Origin: Clostridia bacterium
Lineage (GTDB): Bacteria; Bacillota; Clostridia; Oscillospirales; CAG-272
NCBI GenBank assembly: GCA_017463125.1
Contig: JAFTPV010000005.1
Location: forward strand, 7,519 to 71,518
Length of the DNA stretch: 64,000 nucleotides
Direction of reading: 5' to 3'
Shown here: positions 1 through 10,665 of the stretch, in pieces
How positions within the stretch are numbered: the stretch's first letter is position 1
Layout of the letters: each line of letters starts with the position of its first letter
Program-made: the position numbers and the translations under genes
Notes under the pieces: model-generated
The model's input: only the letters and a program-made list of their open reading frames with translations
Database searches by the model: none
What the model was told of the DNA's origin: nothing

Positions 1-54
1 GGCAAGTCAGTCTATGAAAATTTAGTTAATTAATTTACGGAGGATATAAAATTT

Positions 55-3000
55 ATGGCAAAGAGAACAGACATCAAAAGAGTCATGATAATCGGCTCGG
101 GACCTATCGTTATCGGTCAGGCAGCCGAGTTTGACTACGCGGGCACGCAGGCCTGCCTTGCACTGAAGGAGGAGGGCTACGAGGTAATCCTCGTAAACTC
201 AAACCCCGCTACGATAATGACGGATACGACTATTGCGGACAAGGTGTATATGGAGCCCTTGACCCTTGAGTATATCGCGAAAATTTTAAGATACGAGCGT
301 CCTGACGCTATTCTTCCCGGCATCGGCGGTCAGACGGGTCTTAACCTCGCTATGCAGCTTGAGAAGAAGGGCGTTCTTCGTGAGTGCCACACAGAGCTTC
401 TCGGAACAAGCAGCGAGAGTATTGAGCGTGCCGAGGACAGAGAGCTTTTCAAGGAGCTTTGCCAATCCATAGGCGAGCCTACTATTCCCTCCGAGATCAC
501 TTACAGCATTGACGAGGCGAAGGCGGCGGCAGAGAGAATAGGCTACCCCGTAGTTCTGCGTCCCGCGTTCACCCTCGGCGGTACGGGCGGCGGCTTTGCT
601 AATAATGAGGAGGAGCTTTACGAAATAGGTCTTAACGCATTTAAGCTCTCTCCCGTTCACCAGGTTCTTATTGAGAAGAGCGTCAAGGGATATAAGGAAA
701 TCGAGTTTGAGGTTATGCGTGACTCTAACGACCACGCTATCACCATCTGCGGTATGGAAAACATTGACCCCGTCGGTGTCCACACGGGTGACTCGCTCGT
801 TGTCGCTCCTATTATGACTCTCTCCGAGCATGACAAGAAGATGCTCAACGATTCTGCTATAAAGATTATCAGAGAGCTTAAGATAGAGGGTGGCTGTAAC
901 GTTCAGTTCGCTCTTAACCCCCACTCCTCCGAGTACTATCTCATTGAGGTAAACCCGAGAGTTTCGCGCTCCTCCGCTCTTGCCTCTAAGGCATCGGGCT
1001 ATCCTATCGCAAGAGTTACGGCAAAGATTGCCGTCGGTATGGCTCTTGAGGATATAAAGATTGCGAACACCAACGCGGCATTCGAGCCCCAGCTTGATTA
1101 CGTTATCGCGAAGCTTCCGAGATTCCCCTTTGACAAGTTCACCGCAGCCTCCAACACCCTTGGTACACAGATGAAGGCAACGGGCGAGGTTATGGGCATA
1201 GGCTCAAATCTTGAGGAATGTCTTCTTAAGGGTGTACGCTCGCTTGAAATCGGTGTAAACCACATTTATCACCACAAGTTTGACAATATGACAGACAGCG
1301 AGCTGAAGGAATACATCTCCGAGTTCCGTGACGACAACATCTTCGCGATTGCGGAGCTTATCTATCGCGGCACAACTGTCAGCGAGATACACGAGATTAC
1401 TAAGATCACTCCCTTCTTCCTTGAGGCTATAAAGAATATCGTTGATATGGAAGAGGTTCTTAAGGCGCACGCCTTCGACCTCGAAACCCTTAAGGCTGCA
1501 AAGAAGATGGGCTTCTCGGACAAGTACGTTGCGAGAATGTGGAAGTGCTCCGAGACCCAAATATTCAAGTTCAGAAAAGAGCATAACCTCTTCCCCGTAT
1601 TCAGAATGGTTGACACCTGCCACACGGGCGCATATATTCCCTATTTCTACTCTTCTTACACCGGTGAGAACACCTCCGTGCTTACCGACAGAAAGAAGAT
1701 AGTGGTTCTCGGCGCAGGTCCCATCCGTATCGGACAGGGTGTTGAATTTGACTACTCCACCGTTCACGCGGTTTCGACAATCAAGAAATCCGGCTACGAG
1801 GCTATAATCATAAATAACAACCCCGAAACCGTTTCTACCGACTACACTACGGCTGACAAGCTCTACTTTGAGCCTCTGACTCCCGAGGACGTTATGAATA
1901 TTATAGAGTTTGAGAAGCCCGAGGGCGTTATTGCCTCTCTCGGCGGTCAGACTGCTATTAACCTTGCACAGCCACTCTACGACCTTGGCGTTAAGATTAT
2001 CGGTACAGACTGTGCGGCTATAGACAGAGCCGAGAACAGAGATGCCTTTGAGAAGCTTCTTAAGGACCTTAACATTCCCCAGCCCGCAGGCCGAGCAGTT
2101 ACCAAGATCGAGGACGGTGTTGCTGCTGCAAAGGCTGTCGGATACCCTGTGCTTGTACGCCCCTCCTTCGTTCTTGGAGGCCGTGCAATGCAGATAGTTG
2201 CAAACGAAAATCAGCTTCGCCACTACCTTAAGACCGCCGTTGAGATTGATGAGGACAAGCCCGTTCTCGTTGACAAGTATATCAGCGGTAAGGAGGTTGA
2301 GGTTGACGCTATCTGCGACGGTCAGGACGTCTTCGTTCCCGGTATTATGGAGCTTGTTGAGCGTACGGGTATTCACTCGGGCGACTCTATCTCGGTTTAT
2401 CCTACCTTCTCTATCTCCGATAAGGTAAAGGGTACTATCCTGCAGTACGCAAAGAAGCTCGGTCTTGGCATCGGAATCGTAGGTCTTTACAACATTCAGT
2501 TTATCGTTGACGACAAAGAGGACGTTTACATCATCGAGGTTAACCCCCGCTCCTCGCGTACCGTTCCCTTCCTTTCTAAATCTACAGGCTACTCTCTTGC
2601 AGATATTGCAACCGAGTGTATTCTCGGCAAGTCCTTAAAGGAACAGGGCATCTTCAAGCTCTATCCCAAGGAGAAGGACAGATGGTACGTTAAGGTTCCC
2701 GTCTTCTCCTTCAACAAGCTTCGCGGACTTGACGCTTACCTCTCTCCCGAGATGAAGTCCACCGGTGAGGCTATCGGCTACGACGATAAGTTCTACAGAG
2801 CACTCTACAAGGCTCTTCAGGCATCGGGCATGCACCTTCAGAACTACGGCACCGTTTTCGCAACCATTGCAGACTGTGACAAGGACGAAGCTCTTCCTCT
2901 CATTCGTCGCTTCTACAACCTCGGCTTCAATATCGAGGCAACCGGCGGTACTGCAAGCTTCCTTAAGGAAAACGGCATCAGAACCCACGTGCTGAAGAAG

Positions 3001-3228
3001 CTCTCCGACGGCTCTGAGGAGATTGCAGAATCTATCAGACAGGGACACATCGCTTATGTTATAAACACATCCGACCCCTCGTCCTCGGGAGTTATCCGCG
3101 ACGGCTTTGAGATAAGAAAGTACGCGACCGAAAACAACGTAACTATGTTCACCTCTCTTGATACAGTAAGAGTTCTCCTCGACGTGCTTGAGGAAACCAC
3201 GCTTACTATATCCACAATAGACGCGTAA
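55..3228 (+). CDS. carB: Carbamoyl-phosphate synthase large subunit
   Basis: 1057 aa; IIGSGPIVIGQAAEFDYAG, duplicated ATP-grasp halves (IEVNPRVSRSS / IEVNPRSSRT), C-terminal MGS-like domain; GGAGG RBS. Confidence 0.98.
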   Translation: MAKRTDIKRVMIIGSGPIVIGQAAEFDYAGTQACLALKEEGYEVILVNSNPATIMTDTTIADKVYMEPLTLEYIAKILRYERPDAILPGIGGQTGLNLAMQLEKKGVLRECHTELLGTSSESIERAEDRELFKELCQSIGEPTIPSEITYSIDEAKAAAERIGYPVVLRPAFTLGGTGGGFANNEEELYEIGLNAFKLSPVHQVLIEKSVKGYKEIEFEVMRDSNDHAITICGMENIDPVGVHTGDSLVVAPIMTLSEHDKKMLNDSAIKIIRELKIEGGCNVQFALNPHSSEYYLIEVNPRVSRSSALASKASGYPIARVTAKIAVGMALEDIKIANTNAAFEPQLDYVIAKLPRFPFDKFTAASNTLGTQMKATGEVMGIGSNLEECLLKGVRSLEIGVNHIYHHKFDNMTDSELKEYISEFRDDNIFAIAELIYRGTTVSEIHEITKITPFFLEAIKNIVDMEEVLKAHAFDLETLKAAKKMGFSDKYVARMWKCSETQIFKFRKEHNLFPVFRMVDTCHTGAYIPYFYSSYTGENTSVLTDRKKIVVLGAGPIRIGQGVEFDYSTVHAVSTIKKSGYEAIIINNNPETVSTDYTTADKLYFEPLTPEDVMNIIEFEKPEGVIASLGGQTAINLAQPLYDLGVKIIGTDCAAIDRAENRDAFEKLLKDLNIPQPAGRAVTKIEDGVAAAKAVGYPVLVRPSFVLGGRAMQIVANENQLRHYLKTAVEIDEDKPVLVDKYISGKEVEVDAICDGQDVFVPGIMELVERTGIHSGDSISVYPTFSISDKVKGTILQYAKKLGLGIGIVGLYNIQFIVDDKEDVYIIEVNPRSSRTVPFLSKSTGYSLADIATECILGKSLKEQGIFKLYPKEKDRWYVKVPVFSFNKLRGLDAYLSPEMKSTGEAIGYDDKFYRALYKALQASGMHLQNYGTVFATIADCDKDEALPLIRRFYNLGFNIEATGGTASFLKENGIRTHVLKKLSDGSEEIAESIRQGHIAYVINTSDPSSSGVIRDGFEIRKYATENNVTMFTSLDTVRVLLDVLEETTLTISTIDA

Positions 3229-3264
3229 GTGCACCTAGTATATAAAAGACAGGTTTGTTAAAAA

Positions 3265-4002
3265 ATGAAACAATCAATTTTTAGAGTAAAAGAAAATACT
3301 CCCCTGACAAGCACCGTATATAAAATGGTGCTTGTCGGTGACACGAGTGATATAACGAACTCGGGTCAGTTCGTAAATATTAAGCTTGACGGACTTTTTC
3401 TTCGCCGTCCTATATCGGTGTGCGACTGCGAGGGTGACACGCTCACTCTTGTTTACAAGGTTGTTGGTAAGGGAACGGAGCAGATGAGCAAGATGTGCTC
3501 CGGCGAGAGTCTTGACGTTCTCACGGGACTCGGCAACGGATATAACACGGACGTATCTGGAAATGCCCCCTTACTGCTTGGCGGCGGTGTCGGAATTCCT
3601 CCTATGTATATGCTTTGCAAAAAGCTTATTTCCGAGGGCAAGTCCGTGTCGGTCGTGCTCGGCTTTAACAAAGCTGATGAGGTGTTTTATGAAAATGAAT
3701 TCCGTGCGCTTGGAGCTGACGTAACCGTCACCACCGTTGACGGCTCTTACGGCACACCCGGATTCGTTACCGACGTTATGAAGGATAGGGAATATTCTTA
3801 TTTCTACACCTGCGGACCCGAGCCTATGCTCAAGGCGGTTTATAAGACCTCTGTGACGGGCGGTCAGTTCTCGTTTGAAGAGAGAATGGGCTGCGGATTT
3901 GGCGCTTGTATGGGTTGCTCTTGTAAGACGATTACGGGATATAAGAGAATATGCAAGGAAGGTCCCGTGCTCGTAAAGGAGGAAATCTTATGGCAAAATT
4001 AA
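3265..4002 (+). CDS. pyrK: Dihydroorotate dehydrogenase electron transfer subunit
   Basis: LRRPISV, GGGVGIPP, CGPEPM and MGCGFGACMGC...CKEGPV [2Fe-2S] motif; directly upstream of pyrD. Confidence 0.95.
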   Translation: MKQSIFRVKENTPLTSTVYKMVLVGDTSDITNSGQFVNIKLDGLFLRRPISVCDCEGDTLTLVYKVVGKGTEQMSKMCSGESLDVLTGLGNGYNTDVSGNAPLLLGGGVGIPPMYMLCKKLISEGKSVSVVLGFNKADEVFYENEFRALGADVTVTTVDGSYGTPGFVTDVMKDREYSYFYTCGPEPMLKAVYKTSVTGGQFSFEERMGCGFGACMGCSCKTITGYKRICKEGPVLVKEEILWQN

Positions 4003-4898
4003 ACGTTAATTTATGCGGTATAGAGCTTGACAATCCCGTAATTCCCGCATCGGGCACGTTTGGCTTCGGCTACGAGTTTGCCGAGCTTTACGACATAAAT
4101 ATACTCGGCACGTTCTCCTTCAAGGGAACGACGAAGGACGCAAGATTCGGAAACCCGACACCGAGAATTGCAGAAACCCCTATGGGTATGATAAACGCTG
4201 TCGGACTTCAGAACCCCGGCGTTGATAAGGTTATCTCCGAGGAGCTTCAGAAGCTGAAAAAATGCTTTAATAAGAAGGTTATGGCAAACGTTTCGGGCTT
4301 TTCGGTTGACGAGTACGTATACACCTGCGAAAAAATCGACAAGTGCGAGCAGGTCGGCTGGATAGAGGTAAACGTTTCCTGCCCCAACGTTCACGGAGGC
4401 GGTATGAGCTTCGGCACGTCCCCAGAGGCTGCGGCAGAGGTTACCCGCGCGGTAAAGGCGGTTACGACAAAGCCCGTTATAATTAAGCTCTCACCTAACG
4501 TTACCGACATCGTTTCGATAGCGAAGGCGTGCGAAGAGGCGGGAGCTGACGGTATCAGCCTTATAAACACTCTTCTCGGTATGAGAATAGATTTGAGAAC
4601 CAAGAAGCCCGTTATTGCCAACAAGATGGGCGGCTTCTCCGGACCCGCCATCTTCCCCGTTGCCGTGAGAATGGTTTATCAGGTATCCCACGCGGTAAAT
4701 ATTCCCGTTATTGGTATGGGAGGAGTTTCGAGCGCCGAGGACGTTATTGAAATGATGATGGCAGGTGCTACCGCTGTTGAAGTCGGTGCTGCCAATCTCG
4801 TTGACCCCTATGCTTGCAAGAAAATAATCGAGGACCTTCCTCGAGTTATGGAAAAATACGGAATAAATTCACTTGAAGATCTTAAAACCTTGTTATGA
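3990..4898 (+). CDS. pyrD: Dihydroorotate dehydrogenase B catalytic subunit
   Basis: ASGTFG, NAVGLQNPG, NVSCPN, KLSPN, INT, GGFSGPAI motifs; start moved to ATG 3990 after AAGGAGG. Confidence 0.96.
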   Translation: MAKLNVNLCGIELDNPVIPASGTFGFGYEFAELYDINILGTFSFKGTTKDARFGNPTPRIAETPMGMINAVGLQNPGVDKVISEELQKLKKCFNKKVMANVSGFSVDEYVYTCEKIDKCEQVGWIEVNVSCPNVHGGGMSFGTSPEAAAEVTRAVKAVTTKPVIIKLSPNVTDIVSIAKACEEAGADGISLINTLLGMRIDLRTKKPVIANKMGGFSGPAIFPVAVRMVYQVSHAVNIPVIGMGGVSSAEDVIEMMMAGATAVEVGAANLVDPYACKKIIEDLPRVMEKYGINSLEDLKTLL

Positions 4899-7657
4899 CA
4901 ACTAGATTTTACAATTCACTATCCTTGAACGGCTCTTGGGAGATGGATTACACCGAAGATGATTATCTCTCGGAAAAATTACCGAGCTTTGTTGGTGTGA
5001 ATATCAACTCGGCAGTTCCCGGATACGTAGAGGATATGACCGACGCCTTCTCGGATGCGGGGCTTAACCGTGACTTTAAGATAAATCCGGAATATAACGG
5101 TCAAAGATATCCGATATCCGCTACCGCGCCAGACATGGCTCTGCCGAATATCGTAGGCACATTTTTCTACCGCCGCACTTTTGAGTGGGCGGAGGAACGC
5201 GAAGCGTATCTACATTTTGAAGGTGTTCAGAATGCCGTATCGGTATGGCTGAACGGCAGATTTCTTGCAAGACACGAGGGATATAGCGCGCCTTTCTGTG
5301 TATCTATCCCCTCTGATATACTGAATATCGGTAAAAACGAGATGGTAATGGCGGTTTCCACCCATCATATATTCGGCTTTGACGGTCAGCTCATCTCGGG
5401 CATTACATCAAGAGCCGCAAGCCAGTATAGCGGAGGTATCACCGGTGACGTTGAGATAAGAACTTATCTCTCACCTCTTCGCGACGCGGCGGTGATTATA
5501 GCTCCCGATTGCAACCGGGCAACCGTGCGTGTGGAGCTTTCCGGAAAGTGCGCTCTTCGCTACGAGGTTTGCGACTCCGACTCTGTTTTAATACAAGGGG
5601 AGTGCGAGGGAGATTTCTCCTTTGACACCTCGGCGCTTACGCGCTGGAGTCCCGAAAATCCAAAGCTCTACACGCTGAAGATTTTCTCGGGTGAGTGCGT
5701 GCTTGAAAGAAGGTTTGGCGTAAGGAAGCTTGTTGTTGACGGAGTTCATTTCCGCTTAAATGGCGAGCCATATTATCTTCGCGGTGTCTGCGAGCATTGC
5801 TATTATCCCGAAACCGTGCATCCAACGCACGATATTGATTTTTACAGAACCGTTATAAGAAAGCTCAAGAGCTTGGGCTTTAACTTTATACGCTTCCATA
5901 CCCACGTGCCGCCAAGAGAATATATGCAGGCGGCAGACGAGCTTGGTATGCTCATGCATATTGAAAGCCCGAATAATACGACACTCTCACAGTGGCGCGA
6001 TATCGTTGACTTTTGCAGTCGGCACACGTCAACTGTTATATACTGTTGCGGAAACGAGATGCAGCTTTACGACGACTTTATCGACCATATTGAGAAGTGC
6101 GCCGATTACGTTCATAAGACTACCGACTCGCTCTTCTCACCTATGAGCGCTCTGCGCGGACTTGAATACTGCTGGTGCGAGCCTGACCAGGATCACCTGA
6201 CGGTAAAAGAGCCGTTCCGCCATCACCCAAAGAGATTTGAACTCGTGGGGAAATTTTCCGACCTTTATAACAGCTTCTCGCTCGAACACGTCAGCTACAA
6301 ATCTCTTGACGCTGACGTAAAGAAGCTCGACGACTGGAGCCGCATTTACGGCAAGCCGAGAGTTACTCACGAGATATGCATTGACGGAACGTACACCGAC
6401 CTCTCGCTTGAGGAAAGATACCAGGGTACGAGGATAGGTGATACGACCCAGATGTTTTCTTCTATAAGAGAGCATCTTAAGGATAAGGGCGTTCTTGAAA
6501 AAGCACCTCTCTATTTTAAGAACTCTTGTGAGTGGCAGAGGCGTGTAAGAAAATACTGCTTTGAGGCGGTAAGACGCTGTGAAAACATGGCGGGCTACGA
6601 TTTCCTCGGTCCGATAGACACCCACTGGCACACCTTCGGGTACGACGTGGGAATGATGAACGAGTTTTACGAGATGAAGCCCGGAGAGAGCGTGGAGAAC
6701 GTTCTGCGCTACAATTCGCCTACAGTGCTTCTTAACGACATCGGCACAAGAGTGAATTTTACCTCAGGTGAAAGCCTCAGCTGCGGAATATTTGCCTCCT
6801 TGTACGGCATCGGAGATGCAAAATCTGCCCTGCTGCGCGTAGAGCTTACGGCAGACGGCGAGCAGATATATCTCTCGGAGCAGACCGTCCACGTCGAGTG
6901 CGGCAGAGTGATGAGGCTATGCGACGTTTTAGCAGAGCTTCCCGAGGTAGAAAAGCCGAAGGAGCTGAAGCTTTCCGCATCGCTTATCATTGGCGATATC
7001 AAGGCGGAAAACGAATGGGAGCTTTATCTCTTCCCGAAAGTCTGTGAGCCTAATGCTGACGGACTTACCGTACGCGAGAATATGAGCGCTGACGAGCTTA
7101 TCGCAGCACTTAAGGGCGGAGAGGACGTTGTTCTTCTCGGACACGGCCCATTCCCTGCACTCGCATCAACCTACAGAATTGCTCTGGCAGGAAGAACGAG
7201 GGGAAACCTTGCGACTGTGATAAACAAGCACCCAATACTAGAGGATCTTCCTCACGAGGACTTCTGCTCTTGGCAGTTCAGAGTGTTGCTTGAGGGCGCG
7301 TACCCCGTAGCATTCATCGGTGAGGAGGTGCCGTTTGACCCGATAATCGAGGTGGTTTCCACTCACAAGAACGTAACACGCCAGGCGGCTCTGTTTGAGC
7401 TTTCGGCACTCTCGGGCAGGCTGATCGTCTGCGGCTTTAATTTTGACGAGAGTGACCCTTGCGCGACTTGGCTTAAATCAGAGATAATTAAATACGCAAA
7501 AAGCGATGCTTTTGCTCCGAAAAACAAGGTGGGAGAGCGTGAAATACGCGCTCTTATGTCAGGTGAGATTGATAACGGCGAGGCCAACACCAACGTTGCC
7601 GTAAATCCCAACGACAAGACCGCCGTGAGAAAAAAGAAGAGCTTTGACTGGTTTTAA
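4895..7657 (+). CDS. Glycoside hydrolase family 2-like protein
   Basis: SLNGSW, LHFEGV...VWLNG, GGITGDV, RWSPENPKLY, RFGVR, LGFNFIRFHTH, CGNE (acid/base-like motif); ATGA overlap with pyrD stop. Confidence 0.85.
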   Translation: MTTRFYNSLSLNGSWEMDYTEDDYLSEKLPSFVGVNINSAVPGYVEDMTDAFSDAGLNRDFKINPEYNGQRYPISATAPDMALPNIVGTFFYRRTFEWAEEREAYLHFEGVQNAVSVWLNGRFLARHEGYSAPFCVSIPSDILNIGKNEMVMAVSTHHIFGFDGQLISGITSRAASQYSGGITGDVEIRTYLSPLRDAAVIIAPDCNRATVRVELSGKCALRYEVCDSDSVLIQGECEGDFSFDTSALTRWSPENPKLYTLKIFSGECVLERRFGVRKLVVDGVHFRLNGEPYYLRGVCEHCYYPETVHPTHDIDFYRTVIRKLKSLGFNFIRFHTHVPPREYMQAADELGMLMHIESPNNTTLSQWRDIVDFCSRHTSTVIYCCGNEMQLYDDFIDHIEKCADYVHKTTDSLFSPMSALRGLEYCWCEPDQDHLTVKEPFRHHPKRFELVGKFSDLYNSFSLEHVSYKSLDADVKKLDDWSRIYGKPRVTHEICIDGTYTDLSLEERYQGTRIGDTTQMFSSIREHLKDKGVLEKAPLYFKNSCEWQRRVRKYCFEAVRRCENMAGYDFLGPIDTHWHTFGYDVGMMNEFYEMKPGESVENVLRYNSPTVLLNDIGTRVNFTSGESLSCGIFASLYGIGDAKSALLRVELTADGEQIYLSEQTVHVECGRVMRLCDVLAELPEVEKPKELKLSASLIIGDIKAENEWELYLFPKVCEPNADGLTVRENMSADELIAALKGGEDVVLLGHGPFPALASTYRIALAGRTRGNLATVINKHPILEDLPHEDFCSWQFRVLLEGAYPVAFIGEEVPFDPIIEVVSTHKNVTRQAALFELSALSGRLIVCGFNFDESDPCATWLKSEIIKYAKSDAFAPKNKVGEREIRALMSGEIDNGEANTNVAVNPNDKTAVRKKKSFDWF

Positions 7658-7692
7658 TTTTGATAAAATAATTTATAAAGAGGTATACAAAA

Positions 7693-8391
7693 ATGGGAAA
7701 AGACGTTATTATTGCCTGCGACTTTGACAGTGCGGAAAAGACCTTTGCATTCCTTGACAAATTCACGGGAAGGAAGCCCTTTGTTAAAATAGGAATGGAG
7801 CTTTACTATGCTGAAGGTCCTTCTATCGTCAAGGAGATAAAGAAGAGAGGCCACAAAATATTCCTCGACCTTAAGCTCCACGACATACCCAACACGGTAA
7901 AGAAGTCTATGGCGGTGCTTTCTCGCCTTGACGTTGATATGACGAACCTGCACGCAGCGGGTACGAAGAGAATGATGGAGGCGGCTATCGAGGGGCTTAC
8001 CCGTCCTGACGGCACTCGCCCCATGCTTATCGCTGTAACACAGCTTACCTCCACCGACCAAGAGGCTATGGAGAACGACCTTCTTATCAAGGAGCCTATC
8101 GACAAAGTTGTTATGCACTATGCTCATAACGCTATGGAGGCAGGACTTGACGGCGTTGTTTGCTCTCCTCTGGAGGCTGGTAAGGTACATGACAGGTGCG
8201 GTAAGAATTTCGTAACCGTAACCCCCGGCGTAAGATTTGCTGACGGTGACATCGGTGACCAGAAGAGAGTTATGACTCCCGCAGAGGCGAAGAAGATTGG
8301 CTCTGACTATATCGTTGTAGGCAGACCTATCACCGCAGCAGAGGACCCCGTCGCAGCATACGAGAGATGCGTAGCAGAGTTCGTGGATTAA
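7693..8391 (+). CDS. pyrF: Orotidine-5'-phosphate decarboxylase
   Basis: [13 protein letters not shown] signature, VTPGVR, VVGRPIT. Confidence 0.97.
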   Translation: MGKDVIIACDFDSAEKTFAFLDKFTGRKPFVKIGMELYYAEGPSIVKEIKKRGHKIFLDLKLHDIPNTVKKSMAVLSRLDVDMTNLHAAGTKRMMEAAIEGLTRPDGTRPMLIAVTQLTSTDQEAMENDLLIKEPIDKVVMHYAHNAMEAGLDGVVCSPLEAGKVHDRCGKNFVTVTPGVRFADGDIGDQKRVMTPAEAKKIGSDYIVVGRPITAAEDPVAAYERCVAEFVD

Positions 8392-8433
8392 GCGCGTGAT
8401 TCTTAAAAACAAACACACAAGGAGATACTAATA

Positions 8434-9084
8434 ATGGAAAGCTATAAGAGAGAATTTATACAGTTTCTTGAGAACGCGGGCGTTCTTAAATTTGGCGATT
8501 TTACCGCAAAATCAGGCAGAAAGATTCCCTATTTCATCAATGCGGGAATGATAAAGACGGGCGCAGACATTGCGACCCTCGGCGAATTTTACGCAAAGGC
8601 TTATTTTGAGAAGCTCGGCAAGAAGCAGGCTGTTCTTTACGGCCCTGCGTACAAGGGAATTTCGCTCTCTGTTTCGGCGGCTGTGGCTCTTTCAAAAAAC
8701 GGACTTAACGTTCCCTTCTTCTTCAACAGAAAAGAGGTTAAGGATCACGGAGAGGGCGGAGTTTTCGTAGGATACGTTCCCACCGCCAGCGAGGAGATCG
8801 TTATCATCGAGGACGTTATCACGGCAGGTACCGCTATCCGCGAATCTATGGAGATACTCTCTCACCTTGAGGGCACGAAGGTTGCCGCAACCTTCATCAT
8901 GGTTGACCGTAAGGAAAAGGGTCAGGGCGAGAAGGGCGCTATGGCTGAGATTGAGGAGCAGTTTGGCTTCCCTGTTTACTCCATAGTTACCGTTTACGAT
9001 ATTATAGAGTACCTTGAAGAAAAGCCCGAAAACAAAGAAAACGTTGAGCGTATCAAAAAATATCTCGAGGTTTACGGCGCTTAA
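8434..9084 (+). CDS. pyrE: Orotate phosphoribosyltransferase
   Basis: FGDFTAKSGR, GPAYKGI, NRKEVKDHGEGG, IIEDVITAGT PRPP-binding motif. Confidence 0.96.
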   Translation: MESYKREFIQFLENAGVLKFGDFTAKSGRKIPYFINAGMIKTGADIATLGEFYAKAYFEKLGKKQAVLYGPAYKGISLSVSAAVALSKNGLNVPFFFNRKEVKDHGEGGVFVGYVPTASEEIVIIEDVITAGTAIRESMEILSHLEGTKVAATFIMVDRKEKGQGEKGAMAEIEEQFGFPVYSIVTVYDIIEYLEEKPENKENVERIKKYLEVYGA

Positions 9085-9135
9085 GTAGCATTTTTGCAAA
9101 CAAAACCTTACATTTTAACGGAGTGAAACGCAAAT

Positions 9136-10197
9136 ATGAGAAATCTTGTAAACATACTTGACCTCTCGACAGAGGAAATAGACGAGCTGATAAAGACGGC
9201 GTCTGATATACTTGACAATCCCGAGCTTTACACCAACTCCTGCCGAGGAAAAATTCTCGGAACACTCTTCTTCGAGCCTTCTACCAGAACCAGACTCAGC
9301 TTCACGTCGGCTATGATGGGGCTTGGCGGAAACGTGCTTGGCTTCTCGCAGGCGGGCAGCTCCTCTACGGCGAAGGGCGAAACGGTTGCCGACACTATTA
9401 GAATGGTCAGCGCCTACTCTGACATTATAGTAATGCGTCACCCAAAGGAGGGCGCACCGATAGTTGCCTCCGAGGTTGCGACAGTTCCGGTTATCAACGC
9501 AGGCGACGGCGGTCACTTTCACCCGACCCAGACGCTTACCGACCTCCTTACTATAAAAAAGAAAAAGGGCAGATTTGACAATCTGACGATAGGTGTGTGC
9601 GGTGACCTTAAGTACGGCAGAACCGTTCATTCGCTTATTTCGGCAATGTCGCGCTACCCGGGCGTAAAGTTTGTGCTGATAGCACCCGAGGAGTTAAGGC
9701 TTCCCGATTACGTAAAGGACGAGTACCTTTACAGCACGGGCTGCGAGTTTGTTGAAACAGATAATCTCGACACTGCTATCCCCTCGCTTGACATACTTTA
9801 TATGACTCGTATTCAAGCAGAGCGCTTTGACTCAAAGGAGGAGTACGAGAGGCTTAAGGACTCTTACATTCTGACAAGGGACAAGCTGGCTATCGCAAAG
9901 GAGGACCTCTCAATCCTTCACCCGCTCCCCAGAGTGAACGAGATAGACGTGGACGTAGACGATGACCCGAGAGCCGACTACTTTGACCAGGCGATGTACG
10001 GCAGATACATCAGAATGGCTCTGATACTTATGCTTCTTAAGACGAAGGGCGTTGTGGACAAGCGCGTCACGGGCGCGCCCGACCACAGCCTCGTATGCAC
10101 TAATCCTCATTGTATCAGCCGTAACGAGCGAGGCATAAAACTACTCTTCGACGAGGGCAGATGCATCTACTGCGACCAGGCGGCAAGTAAAATATAA
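9136..10197 (+). CDS. pyrB: Aspartate carbamoyltransferase with fused C-terminal PyrI-like Zn ribbon
   Basis: [39 protein letters not shown]; C-terminal CTNPHCIS...CIYC. Confidence 0.95.
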   Translation: MRNLVNILDLSTEEIDELIKTASDILDNPELYTNSCRGKILGTLFFEPSTRTRLSFTSAMMGLGGNVLGFSQAGSSSTAKGETVADTIRMVSAYSDIIVMRHPKEGAPIVASEVATVPVINAGDGGHFHPTQTLTDLLTIKKKKGRFDNLTIGVCGDLKYGRTVHSLISAMSRYPGVKFVLIAPEELRLPDYVKDEYLYSTGCEFVETDNLDTAIPSLDILYMTRIQAERFDSKEEYERLKDSYILTRDKLAIAKEDLSILHPLPRVNEIDVDVDDDPRADYFDQAMYGRYIRMALILMLLKTKGVVDKRVTGAPDHSLVCTNPHCISRNERGIKLLFDEGRCIYCDQAASKI

Positions 10198-10207
10198 AAA
10201 GCTTTCG

Positions 10208-10237
10208 CTCCCCCGAGAAAATCGGGGGAGATTTTTT
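10208..10237 (+). terminator. Rho-independent terminator of pyr operon
   Basis: CTCCCCCGA-GAAAA-TCGGGGGAG stem followed by ATTTTTT just after the pyrB stop. Confidence 0.8.
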
Positions 10238-10365
10238 GAAAAAGAAAAATCCCCGATCAAAAAGGGTGATGTTCTTAGCGGAGAATTTGAAAAACACCGT
10301 TAAGTGCGAGCGTCGCATTTGTCCGGACGAATGCAGTATGGGCTAAGCCCAGGCCCTTATTACAA

Positions 10366-10635
10366 GCAGAAAGAGAGAACAAATCGGTTTATAGCCTAAT
10401 TGTTCTCTCTTTTTCTGTTGGGTTAAGTTTAGAGTTATGGGGCTCGCGAATTGCTTTGCAATTCATTCGCCGTTATGAATTTGCTACGCAAATGTTATGA
10501 TATGATTGCCCATCTAATCTAAAGCTTGGCGAAGCCAATCATAACTATGCGAAGCATATCTAAACTGATAACTTGCCCGTAAGGGCAATCATAGTTTAGC
10601 GTGATTTGTCCGTTAAGGACATCACGCTAATGCCC
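10366..10635. repeat. Cluster of nested palindromes (REP/MITE-like)
   Basis: Hairpins such as GAATTGC-TTT-GCAATTC, TTGGC-GAA-GCCAA, ATGC-GAA-GCAT, TTGCCC-GTAA-GGGCAA and TTAGCGTGAT...ATCACGCTAA in a non-coding gap between convergent genes. Confidence 0.6.
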
Positions 10636-10665
10636 GGGGATTTATGTTTTGTCGTTTTTTAGAAA

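Noticed and set aside
1204-2376. Long antisense ORFs (also 7654-8418, 29749-30720, 39758-40606, 47411-48295)
   Set aside because: Shadow frames of well-supported genes, with no motifs or RBS
10366-10635. CRISPR array
   Set aside because: No identical direct repeats with regular spacers, and no cas genes seen in the window
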